Below are positions 47,926 to 61,500 of a stretch of DNA of 64,000 nucleotides, in pieces. Under the pieces are notes generated by a model that did not search any database, had not been told where the DNA came from, and saw only the letters and a program-made list of their open reading frames with translations. This DNA comes from Balanoglossus misakiensis (Eukaryota; Animalia; Hemichordata). The stretch covers positions 10,943,337 through 11,007,336 of the forward strand of contig CM082586.2 of assembly GCA_040954595.2 (NCBI GenBank), written 5' to 3'. The position numbers were made by a program, and so were the translations under genes. Every line of letters starts with the position of its first letter. Position 1 is the first letter of the stretch.

Positions 47926-50628
47926 GGGTAAAATCATTAAAAAATGACAAATTATCGACTTTGCAAAATCTCACAATTTCGTCGATTTTTGAAAAAAACC
48001 ATTGGGGGAAAATCATCAAAAAATGACAAATTATCGACTTTGCAAAATCTCAACATTTCGTCGATTTTTGAAAAAAATCATGGGTGAAAATCATCAAAAA
48101 ATGACAAATTTTCGACTTTGCAAAATCTCAAAATTTCGTCGATTTTGAAAAAAATCATAGGTTCGTCGATTTAAAAAAAAAAACATGGGGGAAAATCATC
48201 AAAAAATGACAAATTTTCGACTTTGCAAAATCTCACAATTTCGTCGATTTTTGAAAAAAATCATGGGAGAAAATCATCAAAAAATGACAAATTTTCGACT
48301 TTGCAAAATCTCAACATTTCGTCGATTTTTGAAAAAAATCATAGGTGAAAATCATCAAAAAATGACAAATTTTTGACTGAAAAATCTCAACATTTCGTCG
48401 ATTTTTGAAAAAAATCATGGATGAAAATCATCAAAAAATGACAAATTTTCGACTTTGCAAAATCTCAACATTTCGTCGATTTTTGAAAAAAATCTTGGGT
48501 GAAAATCATCAAAAAATGACAAATTTTCGACTTTGCAAAATCTCAACATTTCGTCGATTTTTGAAAAAAATCATGGGTGAAAATCATCAAAAAATGACAA
48601 ATTTTCGACTTTGCAAAATCTCAAAATTTCGTCAATTTTTGAAAAAATCATGGGTGAAAATCATCAAAAAATGACAAAATTTTCGACTTTGCAAAATCTC
48701 AAAATTTTGTCGATTTTGAAAAAAATCATAGGTTCGTCTTTTTTTAAAAAAAAAAACATGGATGAAAATCATCAAAAAATGACAAATTTTTGACTTTGCA
48801 AAATCTCACAATTTCGTCGATTTTTGAAAAAAATCATGGGTGAAAATCATCAAAAAATGACAAATTTTCGACTTTGCAAATTCTCAAAATTTCGTCGATT
48901 TTAAAAAAAAACATGGGGGAAAATCATCAAAAAATGACAAATTATCGACTTTGCAAAATCTCACAATTTCGTCGATTTTTGAAAAAAATCATGGGTGAAA
49001 ATCATCAAAAAATGACAAATTTTCGACTTTGCAAAATCTCAACATTTCGTCGATTTTTGAAAAAAATCATGGGTGAAAATCATCAAAAAATGACAAATTT
49101 TCGACTTTGCAAAATCTCAAAATTTCGTCCATTTTTGAAAAAAAATCATGGGTAAAAATCATCAAAAAATGACAAATTTTCGTCTATGCAAAATCTCAAA
49201 ATTTCGTCGGTTTTTGAAAAATAATATGGTTGAAAATCATCAAAAAATGACAAAATTATCGACTTTGCAAAATCTCACAATTTCGTCGATTTTTGAAAAA
49301 AATCATGGGTGAAAATCATCAAAAAATGACAAATTTTCGACTTTGCAAAATCTCAAAATTTCGTCGATTTAAAAAAAAATCATAGGTTCGTCGATTTAAA
49401 AAAAAAACATGGGTGAAAATCATCAAAAAATGACAAATTTTCGACTTTGCAAAATCTCACAATTTCGTCGATTTTTGAAAAAAATCATGGGAGAAAATCA
49501 TCAAAAAATGACAAATTTTCGACTTTGCAAAATCTCAACATTTCGTCGATTTTTGAAAAAAATCATTGGGGAAAATCATCAAAAAATGACAAATTTTCGA
49601 CTTTGCAAAATCTCAAAATTTCGTCGATTTTGAAAAAAAATCATAGGTTCGTCGTTTTTTTAAAAAAAAAACATGGGTGAAAATCATCAAAAAATGACAA
49701 ATTTTTGACTTTGCAAAATCTCACAATTTCGTCGATTTTTTAAAAAAATCATGGGTGAAAATCATCAAAAAATGACAAATTTTCGACTTTGCAAAATCTC
49801 AAAATTTCGTCCATTTTAAAAAAAAAACATGGGGGAAAATCATCAAAAAATGACAAATTTTCGACTTTGCAAAATCTCAAAATTTCGTCGATTTTGAAAA
49901 AAACCATTGGGGGAAAATCATCAAATAATGACAAATTATCGACTTTGCAAAATCTCACAATTTCGTCGATTTTTGAAAAAAATCATGTGTGAAAATCATC
50001 AAAAAATTACAAATTTTCGACTTTGCAAAATCTCAACATTTCGTCGATTTTTGAAAAAAATCATGGGTGAAAATAATCAAAAAATGACAAATTTTCGACT
50101 TTGCAAAATCTCAAAATTTCGTCCATTTTAAAAAAAAAACATGGGGGAAAATCATCAAAAAATGACAAATTTTCGACTTTGCAAATTCTCAAAATTTCGT
50201 CGATTTTGAAAAAAACCATTGGGGGAAAATCAACAAAAAATGACAAATTATCGACTTTGCAAAATTTCACAATTTCGTCGATTTTTGAAAAAAATCATGG
50301 GTGAAAATCATCAAAAAATGACAAATTTTCGACTTTGCAAAATCTCAACATTTCGTCGATTTTTGAAAAAAATCATGGGTGAAAATCATCAAAAAATGAC
50401 AAATTTTCGACTTTGCAAAATCTCAAAATTTCGTCCATTTTTGAAAAAAAATCATGGGTTAAAATCATCAAAAAATGACAAATTTTCGTCTTTGCAAAAT
50501 CTCAAAATTTCGTCCATTTTAAAAAAAAAACATGGGTGAAAATCATCAAAAAATGACAAATTTTCGACTGCAAAATTTCAAAATTTCGTCGGTTTTTGAA
50601 AAATAATATGGGTGAAAATCATCAAAAA
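47926..50628 (+). repeat. 78-bp satellite, block 4
   Basis: Same monomer and orientation. Confidence 0.97.
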
Positions 50629-50656
50629 TAGCGTCAAGGACACTGTGGTCCCATTT
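50629..50656 (-). other. Helentron 3' terminus: subTIR plus stem-loop
   Basis: tagcgtcaaggacactgtggtcccattt, identical to 24011-24038 and 26011-26038. Confidence 0.92.
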
Positions 50657-51342
50657 AAACAGTGGAGTACGGAGATGAGGGGTGCCACAGTAGCAGAGGT
50701 AGGTAAGGCATCCAGTGTCTATTTTGCTGAATTGGGCAGCATACTGAAATTCAATGTTTAAGCACGAAAGAAGGGAGCAGGCAGTGTACGTTTTCTGTAG
50801 TTTAATTATAAATCATGTAAAGTAATAAATATAACAATGGGAATGAGTTGTGTTGCATATAAATTGTTTTAAAGAAATGAAATTGAATGACGCAATAAAA
50901 AATGTAATGGAAGCAGTAAAAAATGTCAAAGTAAATAAAGAGAACAGTAACAAGTATAAATTATGTTGAAATGTTAAATATAAAATGTATCACTGAAGAA
51001 CGTGTAAACTGAAATAAAAAAATCATTGGAAAAAATGTCTAATTAAATGAAGCAGTCAAAAATTGTCTAACCTAGGGGAAAAAAACAGTGAAAAATGTCA
51101 AATCAAGTAGAGAAATGTGAATGTCACATAAAAAAAAGGCAAGAAAGAAAATGACAAACTGAACAAATAACTAAAAGCATGTGAAATAAAAAGAATGTGT
51201 CACTAAAAAATGTCTTCAAGTGTAATAAAAAAAGCAGGGAAGGAAATGTTATAATGAATGAATGGAGGGAGCGCTGGTAAAGTGTGTAATCGGGAAAGGG
51301 TTGTGGAATGGAGAGCAAATGAAGGCAGTACGTTGAAAAACA

Positions 51343-53796
51343 CTAGTTTTTGAAAGTGGTGATGGTGTTGGCAGAGTTGGCCTTAAATTGGAGCTCGCGT
51401 CCATCGCAGATGTCGGTGACGGCGTCCTGCAGTTGTTTCTGGGTGGTGTTGACGGGGTTAATGGAGAATTTTCTGAGTAAATACTTGGTCTCCTTTGGGT
51501 AGATCTTGTATGTGTCAAGGTCATCACCGGTTTGTATTAAGAGGGAAAGTATTGTGCCTGGTCTGCAGGATGGGCTTTTATTCTTTCTGCAGAAACGACA
51601 TCTGAAAGAAATGAGAAATAGGCAATGTTGAAGTTGGTGGAATAAATATGTTGATTGCTGGCTGATGTGGAAAGGGTGTAACATGCAGTAATGTGGAAGA
51701 ATATAAGTATTGAAGTAAAGTTGAATAAGGGATGTTACGGATGTCATGTGAATATTTAGTTGTAAGGAAGCCAATTGGATTGTTGGGATATAAGGAAGAG
51801 ATGTTATTGAGTGGCTGTGCACTGGTAAATTTTTCCAGCGGAATGGCTTATGTCTGAAAATGGGACATTGCATGAAAAAACTGCTATGTATAGCTCAGCT
51901 GGTGTCTGCACACAAGGTATTGAGGGGCTGGTGGTAAGTGCGGATGAAGAGGAATTTTGGATTACCTGTTGCTGTCATTGAGAAATCCATTGCACCGAGG
52001 CGCATCTGCACATAAGAGAACTCTCTGTAGATTGGAGAGCCCTTGTAATGTCCCGGTTGTCCAGTTTGAGCTGTCATCGGAATCCGCCGATAAGGTGTCT
52101 GTAGTGTTTTGGTGTGATAGGGTTTCATGAGCCTGAAATAGAATTAGGGAAAGATTAGATTACCTGCGTGTGTTTTTGATAAATGAAGCTGTGGTTCGTG
52201 TGTCTGGAAATGTAGATGCTGAATTGGATGTTTGAAGAACTGAATAATGACAACAGCGGATAATATATGTTGTCTACTATTATGTTGAATAATGTAGCTC
52301 TGAGGAAGAAGCTTTGATTGCAAAACAAAGTACTGAACGCATTTGGAAAAGTGGAAACGAAAGTTTGGAATAGTATTGAAATGTTACTTGTGGATTCACT
52401 ATATGTTGTCATGGGCAAAGAAAAAGAAATGTGAATATTGTAATGAATTGTTTGAGCAGGGAATACAGGAAAAACAGTGGACAGTTTCAGTATAGTCAAG
52501 TTGTTTGTAGTGAACATAATACCTGAAAACGAAAGGGGTGGTACCAGGACAATTTCCTGTTGGTATACACTGTATAGTGTATTGTATTGACTGATCAGTG
52601 AAGTACTTACCGATACTGATATTGTGGTGGATTGCCTGGATGTGAGGCGGTTGTTGAACGAGGCAGCTTTCTTCACATTGGTAATAGTTATAACATCACC
52701 AGTGGTGAGCTCACACTTCGTAAGATCTCCCCATACGGTTAGTTTGTACACCCCTGAGCTGTCTCCAAATCCAATAGTTCTGCGTGGTAATTTGCCGTAC
52801 CGGGTGTGGGTGGCTTTGGTGTTTTGAACCTAAAAGACAGAAGAAGTAATAAACAAATGGAAAACGGTAAAGAGTGTACCATGAGGTTTGTGAGATGAAC
52901 GGTCGGGAAAAGGTGAGGTGGGGGTAGAAGTCAATAGGAAACGGACCTTTCTACCCTTCGAGGTCGATAGGGAACGGACCCCTCTCCTGTGCATCGAGGG
53001 ATCTTCACGACGTGGAATAGCATTGCATACGCGGTTGTTCGGTGTACGGTACGTGACCAGCTGTGGTGAAGGTCGTGTAACGTCGGGAAAACGAAGACGG
53101 TCATTGTATATATGGGTAACAGAGGAGTGAATGAAGTCAATAAAGCGTAAGCGAAATGTTCGTGATCTTGTGGAAAACACGACTACGTCAATTAAAGTAA
53201 CGTGTTGGTGTTGATTTGTGGCAGAGTTTATTCGTGACAATGGAAGTGGGCGGGTAATCCGATTACGTGAGATTGTTGTTGGCCGCGAAATATCTAGGGC
53301 GAAAATGGGTGAATTGTGAAATGAGTGAGCATTTTAAGTGTAAACTTACCCTTACTACAGTTCCTGATATGTTGTGATAATTGGTGTTGTCGGCAATTGC
53401 TGCGGCCATAGTGACAACAGCAGCAGTGGGTGCTTGCTCTGTCATGCGACAGCGAAGTCCGTGAGCCTCGGTTGCGACACTTTCAGGAATGTTGAGGTCC
53501 ACCCTATTAACAGCCAAGGTGGAGCCTTGGTTGATGGAAATCCCGTTGGAACGCACGTAAATTTTCGGACCAAGAAATAGTGTACTTCCTTCATTTGCTC
53601 TCAATAAAGACAACGTGTCTTCTCTGGTTGACCAGATATACAGAGTGGTGGCAGCGGTGTGGTCTGCCACCACAGCCCGTTTAAATTTTTCGTTGGTCGA
53701 GGTATTTTCATAGTAGATTAGTTTAACTTGAGTGGTAACATCGTGGTAGGTGTTGGTCTCTTTCTGGCTTAATTCTTTTAGTGTTGATTTTGGCAT
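51343..53796 (-). CDS. Spliced RPA70-like OB-fold ssDNA-binding protein (~363 aa); exons 53796-53350, 52829-52611, 52132-51966, 51601-51343
   Basis: All three introns are GT-AG with polypyrimidine tracts and matching phases (0, 0, 2). The joined protein has an OB-fold pattern (ISGTVVRV...RRTIGFGDSSGVYKLTVWGD...GDVITITNVK) and a C4 zinc ribbon (CADAPRC...CRFC) formed only across the exon 3/4 junction. Confidence 0.78.
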
Positions 53797-55110
53797 CTGT
53801 ACGGAAGAAACAAAGGTGAAATTATAAGACTGTGGTTTCACGATCAGTGGTTGAATGTACATGATGGTGGAAACTATATCATCAAGGGGAAAACGCCAAA
53901 CGAAAGGATTAATAGATTGGCATGTAGTTGCCACAAATCAGACGTGAGGGTCTCATCAGCGATCAGGTTTGCATTGAAAGTTTCAGAATGAAGAGTCTCT
54001 GGTAGTTGATGTTCAAATGAAATTACCAATTGTAATGTATCGAAGAATTCACACGGGTCACCAAAAACTTTGAAATGGGCGCAATGAGTGCTGTTAACTG
54101 GAGAACAGTAGTACAAGCGTATTGTTGAAAATGAGACACGGCGGATGTTTGCGCCAATTGGCAAAACTTGTTCGTGTGTTGCGTCAGTTAACAGTTGCGA
54201 ATGTGTGTACAGCTTTTTTGGGGGAAAACTGAACGACAGATTTTGTAATGTACGGAGAGCAGTGCATGGGCCGAGCTTTGCAGACGTAATTGTCTGGTTA
54301 TGAATATTCCAAAGAGAGCCAATTGGCGTACCGATATTTTGTTGACGTTGAACGAAACGACAGTGGGGTGGTAGGTCAAATGGTGGGGCTTTGAAATGTC
54401 CCGCGGTATTTGACCAATGGAGTTGGCTTTCACTGTAGATTAAGCACCCGTGAATTTTTCGTACACAGTGTGGCATAATGAACCAAAGCAAGGAAATAAA
54501 AAATAAAGTATAACTTACTGTGTGAGTGTGGTACTTGCGGTGAACTAGACTGTGTGGATATAGTCTGTGCGGCTTGTTGTTCTGGATGAAAAAGGTGGGA
54601 AAGTGTGGTACGATGACCGATGTGCGCTGGAAAGTTGAAAGCGACGCGATGTTGTAGTTTCAGGAGTCAGGGAGCGAATGCGGTGAGCTCGCAGAAGTGT
54701 ATGAGTGGACTTTCCGAAGACGACGCGTGAAAAATTTAATAATTGACGGACACAATGGATTTGCACCAATAGTAATACACAGAAATTGCCGACAAAGACA
54801 GTTTCGCAAAGGAACACGTGTGTATTGTTTACAAATATGACGTAACCGCCAGCGTGCAGATGAAAACAGAACGTGTTTACATGTTCAAAGCCAAGGAAGT
54901 CGATTGCTCCAGGGTTCTGAAAAACATTTCCGGTTGTGCATGACCGACAGGATGTTTGTTCGTAATCTGTCAATGTGATGAGATGTGTACCACATGTTAG
55001 CAATAAAATGGTGCCGTTTTGGTGTATAGGGGGAGATACCGATTATGTAAATAAACTGGTAATGTGACAGGGCAGTTGTCATTGCAATGATGGACACAGT
55101 AATGTTGTTG

Positions 55111-55444
55111 TCAGGTTGTTTTCATTAAGTGTGACAGCAGCATGTATAGTTTTGACCAAATGTTTTTCAAGGTGCCACTTTTGATATGTGGTATATTGGC
55201 AAGTATAAGAACTAATGCAAAATGGTAGTCTGTTGTTTCTTCATTAAGTTGTTGACATTTCAAAGTACCCATTGCTGTGGGTGGGCAAAGATATGTCACC
55301 ATTGAAGTCCCCGATAATGAACACTGGTTTATTGACATAGATGAAATCTAGCAGTGGTGTACTGTCCTTTGTGAATGTTGTACGTTGGCATGTTGGTACT
55401 GACACTTGGTAATAATGGTTTGTGGTGTAGCAATAATTGCACAT
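55111..55444 (-). pseudogene. Degenerate, frameshifted duplicate of the AP-endonuclease C-terminus
   Basis: KPVFIIGDFNGDISLP and CQQLNEETTDYHFALVLI...KNIWS parallel KPILIMGDFNFDILLP and CRQLIKEETTDQHSALDLI...ENSWS of the main ORF. Confidence 0.75.
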
Positions 55445-55560
55445 ATTGACTCATACATGTATGTAATATGGGAAATAAGTGTATTTGAAATCTGCTGTTG
55501 TCATTTAATTCTTATGTGTTGTCTTTTATGATTATGTCTATAATCTAACACTGATTAATT

Positions 55561-58500
55561 TCAAGTGAATTGGCTGGGGTGAATGGCTGCATACACGGCC
55601 TTGTGATCAGACCATGAGTTTTCTATTGTGTCATAGGTAGTTGTGAAGAAGTTAAGAAAAATTAAGTCCAGAGCAGAATGCTGATCAGTTGTTTCTTCCT
55701 TTATTAGTTGCCGACAGTTACAAATTGATGTCATAAAGTGGAGGAAAGCAGTACTGGTATTAGGTAGTAGAATGTCAAAATTAAAGTCACCCATTATTAA
55801 TATTGGTTTTGTCAAATCTAGTAGTGGCAGGAGATACTGTTGAAATTGTTGTTTGAATGTGTGGATTGTGCACTGAGGGGATTTATAGATCATAATGATT
55901 TGAAGTAGTTTATTTTGAATTAGGATGTTGGCTTTTATAAATTCGAACACTTTTGTTGAATGGCACTTGATATGAATCACTTGATATGAATCTTTGACAT
56001 ACAATACAAGACCATGATAGGGTCTTGTGAAATTTACAGCAGTGTTGTCAATATGCACATCTTGGTCATTCCTGAATAGTAGATAATTTGGGAGATTGTA
56101 GGCTTCATTGGTATCATTAGTTGTTAATCTGGATTCAGCAATTCCGATAACATCAGCAGCAATTATATTGTGGTCACTGCATAAATCTGCAAAATGTTTA
56201 TGGAGTGATCTAGCGTTTTGATATACTACTTTGCAGTGGTCATGAGGGAGGGCATATAATGGTTTGAAGCATAATTGAAGTTGGCTGTCATCACGGAGTC
56301 TTTTCATTTCATTGTGAACTGCTTCAGATATTGCGATTTTATTTTTATTCAACTCCAGTATCTGAAGTCCACTTATTGTACGCACTCTACTTATTGCGAC
56401 ATAATGTATATGGTCAATTTTTCTTGTACCCATATGGATTATTACCTTATCAAGTGTATCACCCTGAGATTTGTGAATAGTTTTTGCAGCAGACGGTCTA
56501 AGTGGAAATTGAATTCTCATGACAGATACATGTTTGTAATATTTACTGGTAGGAAACTGGCGTTTAATGTCAAATATTGGAGTCAATTGTTTACCAATTT
56601 CTGGTTGATGCAAATGTTTGTATTTATGTCTTCTTAATAGACCAACATTTTTATCATCAAATTGAACCCAAATTATACTGGGGCGGTTGTTTGGTGTTCC
56701 TGTCATTCTGTGGTCTATTTGTTGCACTACACAACTGGCACCATTTGTCATACCATCCTCAACATCAACATTGGCAGTGAGATCATATCGCAGTCCAACA
56801 GCTATAGGTGCTTGTGATAATAAACCGCATGTTTTGGATGGATCTTTTGGAATGGTCTTCAAAAGCTGTGCTTTCACTTGTTGTGAGACATCACCAATAA
56901 CTGTGTCCAGTGCTGGTACAACAAGTTTATGGGATGTAGCATTTTGGTAAACTTTATCATTATGTGACTCTACCATTGCATTGGTGGTGTATAAATGAGG
57001 AATGGACTCGTTGAGTGGTTGATCATGAGATATTACATAGTTTTGCAATTCAGAAATATCTTCATCTGTGTGCCTCCCTTCTCTCAATCTATTCAATAGT
57101 TGAGCAAAGTCTTCATCATCTTTCTGTCTCATGATCTGTGTTAGTTCATGCATGGTGAAATGTTCTTTCCACAGATTAGTTGCTAATGGGCCATACTCTT
57201 TTGTTAGGTCTTTGAATATCCAGCCATCCATTACTGGTTTGAGTTGAAATAAATCACCAACAGTTATCATTGAAACACCACCAAATACTTGATTGTTACC
57301 TTTTATTTGTTGAAGTCGGAGATTTATGAAATTTAAAAGCTCATGGCCTACCATGCTGATTTCATCAATGATTACAACTGATAAATGTTGATATTTACTT
57401 CGCAAAGTATTAAGTTTATCGCTATCCAGTGGTTTGTATTTATAACCTTGACTTGCAGGTACTTTGAAAGCTGCATGAATAGTACTACCATTGATATGAT
57501 AGGCTGCTTTACCAGTTGGCGCACATAACAATAAACGACAGTCGAGTGGTGATTCACCAGCAATTGAACACAGATAGCGATGTAATGCCTGATATATTGC
57601 TCGGATTACAACTGACTTTCCTGTACCAGCACCCCCTGTGATAAATATATGCATTGGATCATGATTTGTCTTGACTGATTTCAAAACATGATGAAATATT
57701 TCCCTTTGTTTTACATTGAGAGATCTCACAAGTTTGTGATATTGTTCATCAGGGATACGTCCTGGGACGTTGCTGGTGTCATCAGTGGTGACAGTCGTAT
57801 TCATACCAATGTCAACACCTATATCATAAGTGGTATGTTCTGGTTGGTCATCAGGTTGAAAGTATATGAAATGATCATTTGGTGTAGTAGTTCCTTCTTC
57901 TAGATCATCTCTCTCAGCATGTTGCGTATTTGGAGCAATCTGATCAAATGCATTTAAATCATCATTATCAAGTTGCTCTGCAGCTGTAGTGGCTTGATCT
58001 ATCAACTCTGAATTATGTTCATACTTATCTATGGTTTGTGCAATAATGTGTTTGTTATGATTATAAGATTCTTGAAAGGTGGCACAACTGTTTAGAAGGT
58101 CAGAGCTTTCATTTCTCCATGGCATGTACAGCAACAATTTTTCACGACAGTAATTTTCATAGTCAACTTTCTTACTATAATTGACATAGCGTATTATACA
58201 CGGATTTACACGTTCTTGTATTTTCATACCATTTTTGAGAATGATATTTATTTTACTTGTCATATTGTCAGATTCTGAGTCCACACCTAAATCAGGGTCA
58301 TCATGATCATCATCATTTATATCTTGTGGATAATTATCAGTGCATTTGGTTGAATATGTGACTCTAAGTTTAGATGCATAATCTGCAAGACACCAATTTT
58401 CTAATGCTTTTGGCCGTCTAGCATAACGTTTGATTAGATTGTCACTTTCTATGTCAGTAGATTCTGCTGGTGTATTTTCAAGGGCAGTTTTGCTTTTGAG

Positions 58501-61500
58501 CAGGAATGTTCTTTGATCAGGTGGTGATGTGTTTATAAATACCACTTGTCTTGTAGCTTTAGTAAGTGACAACTGCAGGATGATGTAAGCAGCCTCTTGT
58601 GCACTGATTTCTACATTGTTAAGGAATTTATTTCCAATATGTCTGACCTGTGCTTTCAGTTCCATATTGCCTTTTCTGGCTTCTTTGCATGCTTGGTCAA
58701 GTAATGCACTCATGCCTCTTTGGGATTTACTGATATAGGATACAATGTACATGGCACAGGCGTATGGATCTAAAACAAACTGTAGATCATGATTTGCTCC
58801 CCATGCAGACAATAATAATTTCATGTAGGCATTGACACGTAAATCACTTGGTTCTCTTTTGAGAAATATTGTGGTAGTTTTGAGTGAACTCTGAATGCAT
58901 TTTATGTATTCATCATGACTGATTTGCAGCTCAGTAGATAGGAAGTCATCATATGATATTGGTTTGCCTTCTTTCATATCATCCAGTTTTTGTTTGATTT
59001 CTTCATATTTCTGTTTGTAATGTTGTTCTTCATCTGGATCAGCATTTAATGGTGAGAGAATCATTGTTTCTGACATAGGAGGCATTGGGTATCCAAAACG
59101 ACATACAGGTTTGCCTTTTACTCGGCATGTCTTAGAGTGCTTATGTGTCTGCAGATTCAATACTTCAGCCATTTCACTTGGTACATTGGAAGAACAAGAT
59201 ACATATATGTCAATGAAATCAATCACTTCTGTTGGTGTGTTTTGTTGATAATTTGGTGCATTCTCAATCCACATTAGCATATGGATGTGTGGTGAGCCAC
59301 GTTGTTGAAATTCCACTCTGTAGAAGTAATCAGTGATTTTGCCCAATGGATCACATGGACCTCTAAGTACTGTATTGATGAATTCATGAATTCTGTGGTC
59401 AAAGAAACGAGCACATGTCACTGGGTCAGATTGAAGTAACCTGGACTTTGTAGCCCAATCCATGGCTTTAAGTTCATCAGCAGTATATTTCTTACCATCT
59501 ACAAGTGTACCCAGTATTTGATGTAAGTCAATCCACTTTGTGTCAGCACTAGACAGAGAACAAAACCATGTTGGTAAACCAAGTTGTCTAATCATTGCAA
59601 ATACATCTTTCTTCCTCTTTTCTAGATAGGGTGGTGAATTGCGCAAATCTCTGAATATGTAAAATCCGTCATCAAGTCTAAGTAAATCACTTACTCTTTC
59701 TGGATTTAATAAATCTGCAACTTTGTAAGTTCTGCCTTCAGTTTTACATCGTCTCAATGCAAGGTGGACTTTACTACTGATCTGTTTTAACTGCAGTTTC
59801 TTCACTTTGAAAAACATATTTGGTACAGAGTTTGCAACGCGTCTATCAACATTACGCAATTCCCATTTACAAACATCACTGTAATGTACATTTGAGGTGT
59901 GGATTTGATCAATATTTCTGCGTTGTCCACAGAATATAGTTGGAAAGGCTAGATATTCTGCATCTGTATCATTGAACAGACTAAGAGGGCGTTGACCTTC
60001 ACCAGGGGCAAATGTTAAAATTTGATTACGATAATCTGAATCATCAAGTAAAGTGTCCATATTAGCAACAGCTCCCTCTGCTGGATCAACCTCACTGAAT
60101 TTATCAGAATCAGAATCTGATTCAGATTCAGGATCATCAGCTTGCTCTTGTTCAGTGTTTGTATTTTCAATAAATACAGCCATATCATTATCTGTGTTTT
60201 CAAATTCCTGAGACCAGTTGTGATTAATTGGAATACCTGAATTTTGGTACAAAACACTGTTTTTCATGAGCCACACAAGTGCTGCCATCACTTTATTTGG
60301 TCGAATATTTTCTGTAAATTCACTTCGCGTGTACGATAGTTTTCGTTTCAGTTTGACTGGTATAGTAGCTGAATCATCTAGCATTCTTGGCAGAGCATTA
60401 ACAGTAGGGGTGATATCTGTTGGAATATTGACTACCGGACCAGATAATGACCTTTGACCTCCACGTGGCAAACTGCACATATGCATGAATGGAATTCTGA
60501 GTGCTATCAATCTTTCTTCCAAAGGGTGCAACTGTAACTGTGGTGGAATATCAGGGAAATTAACATTATTAGCTATAGACAATCTGGGGATTTTACCAGC
60601 AGATATGGATCTGTAGCATGTGTTACACACCCACTCTATATTGTCAACAGAAGTGTATGCAGTCAAACATTTTGATGCAATGCCTCGTTCAGATAATTTG
60701 GCAGCAGGAGTAACAGATTTTCTGAACCAAGTTTGATGACATGATGAGCAGACATAGACAGGGCCTTGTGATACAGTTCTATGAAATATATTTATGCATG
60801 CCTGCAACGATTCCCCGCATAATTGTCGGGTCTCAAAACCTCTATGTTTGCTAAAACCATTGTGTGTAACATGTTGTTTTTTGTCAATTTGAAATGTTTG
60901 AATTTTTTCACTGCATTTCACAAACTTCTTTTGTAAGTTTTCTTTTTTTCTGAAGTTTCTATCCTGTCTCTTCATTTTTCTGTAGATCTGTTGCTTTTTG
61001 TTTTCGTGCTCTTTGAAGGTTTTACTTTTGCGTGAAGTCTTGATACGTGCCTGTGACTGTATTTTCTCATTTTGTCGAAATGTGGAATTTTGACGCAGAC
61101 TTTTAATGTGTTCTTTCAGTTTTGGCTTTTCTTTTTCTCGGAATGCAGGATTTTGACGCAAAGTTTTAATGTGTGCTTTAAATCTCACCTTTTCTTTCTC
61201 TCGGAATGCAGGATTTTGACGCAGAGTTTGCTTGTGTGAGTTTAATTTCACCTTTTCTTTCTCTCGGAATGCAGGATTTTGACGCAGAGTTTGCTTGTGT
61301 GAGTTTAATTTCACCTTTTCTTTCTCTCGGAATGCAGGATTTTGACGCAGAGTGTTAATGCGTGATTTCAATTTGACCTTCTCTTTCTCTCGGAATACAG
61401 GATTTTGACGCAGAGTTTGCTTGTGTGAGTTTAATTTCACCTTCTCTTTCTCTCGGAATGCAGGATTTTGACGCAGAGTGTTAATGCGTGATTTTAATTT

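Noticed and set aside
179-50539. Dozens of short ORFs such as MGENHQKMTNFRLCKISKFRRFLKKI
   Set aside because: Artefacts of a 78-bp (26-codon) satellite; frames break at variable A-runs and there is no sign of coding constraint.
52164-52203. Possible 40-nt micro-exon in the OB-fold gene
   Set aside because: It would leave a 31-nt intron and shift the frame of the next exon.
52930-52998. Imperfect ~33-bp tandem duplication
   Set aside because: Two diverged copies inside a predicted intron with no evident function.
53874-55097. ORFs of 205, 152, 81 and 70 aa between the OB-fold gene and the transposase
   Set aside because: No recognisable motifs; more likely intron, UTR or promoter sequence.
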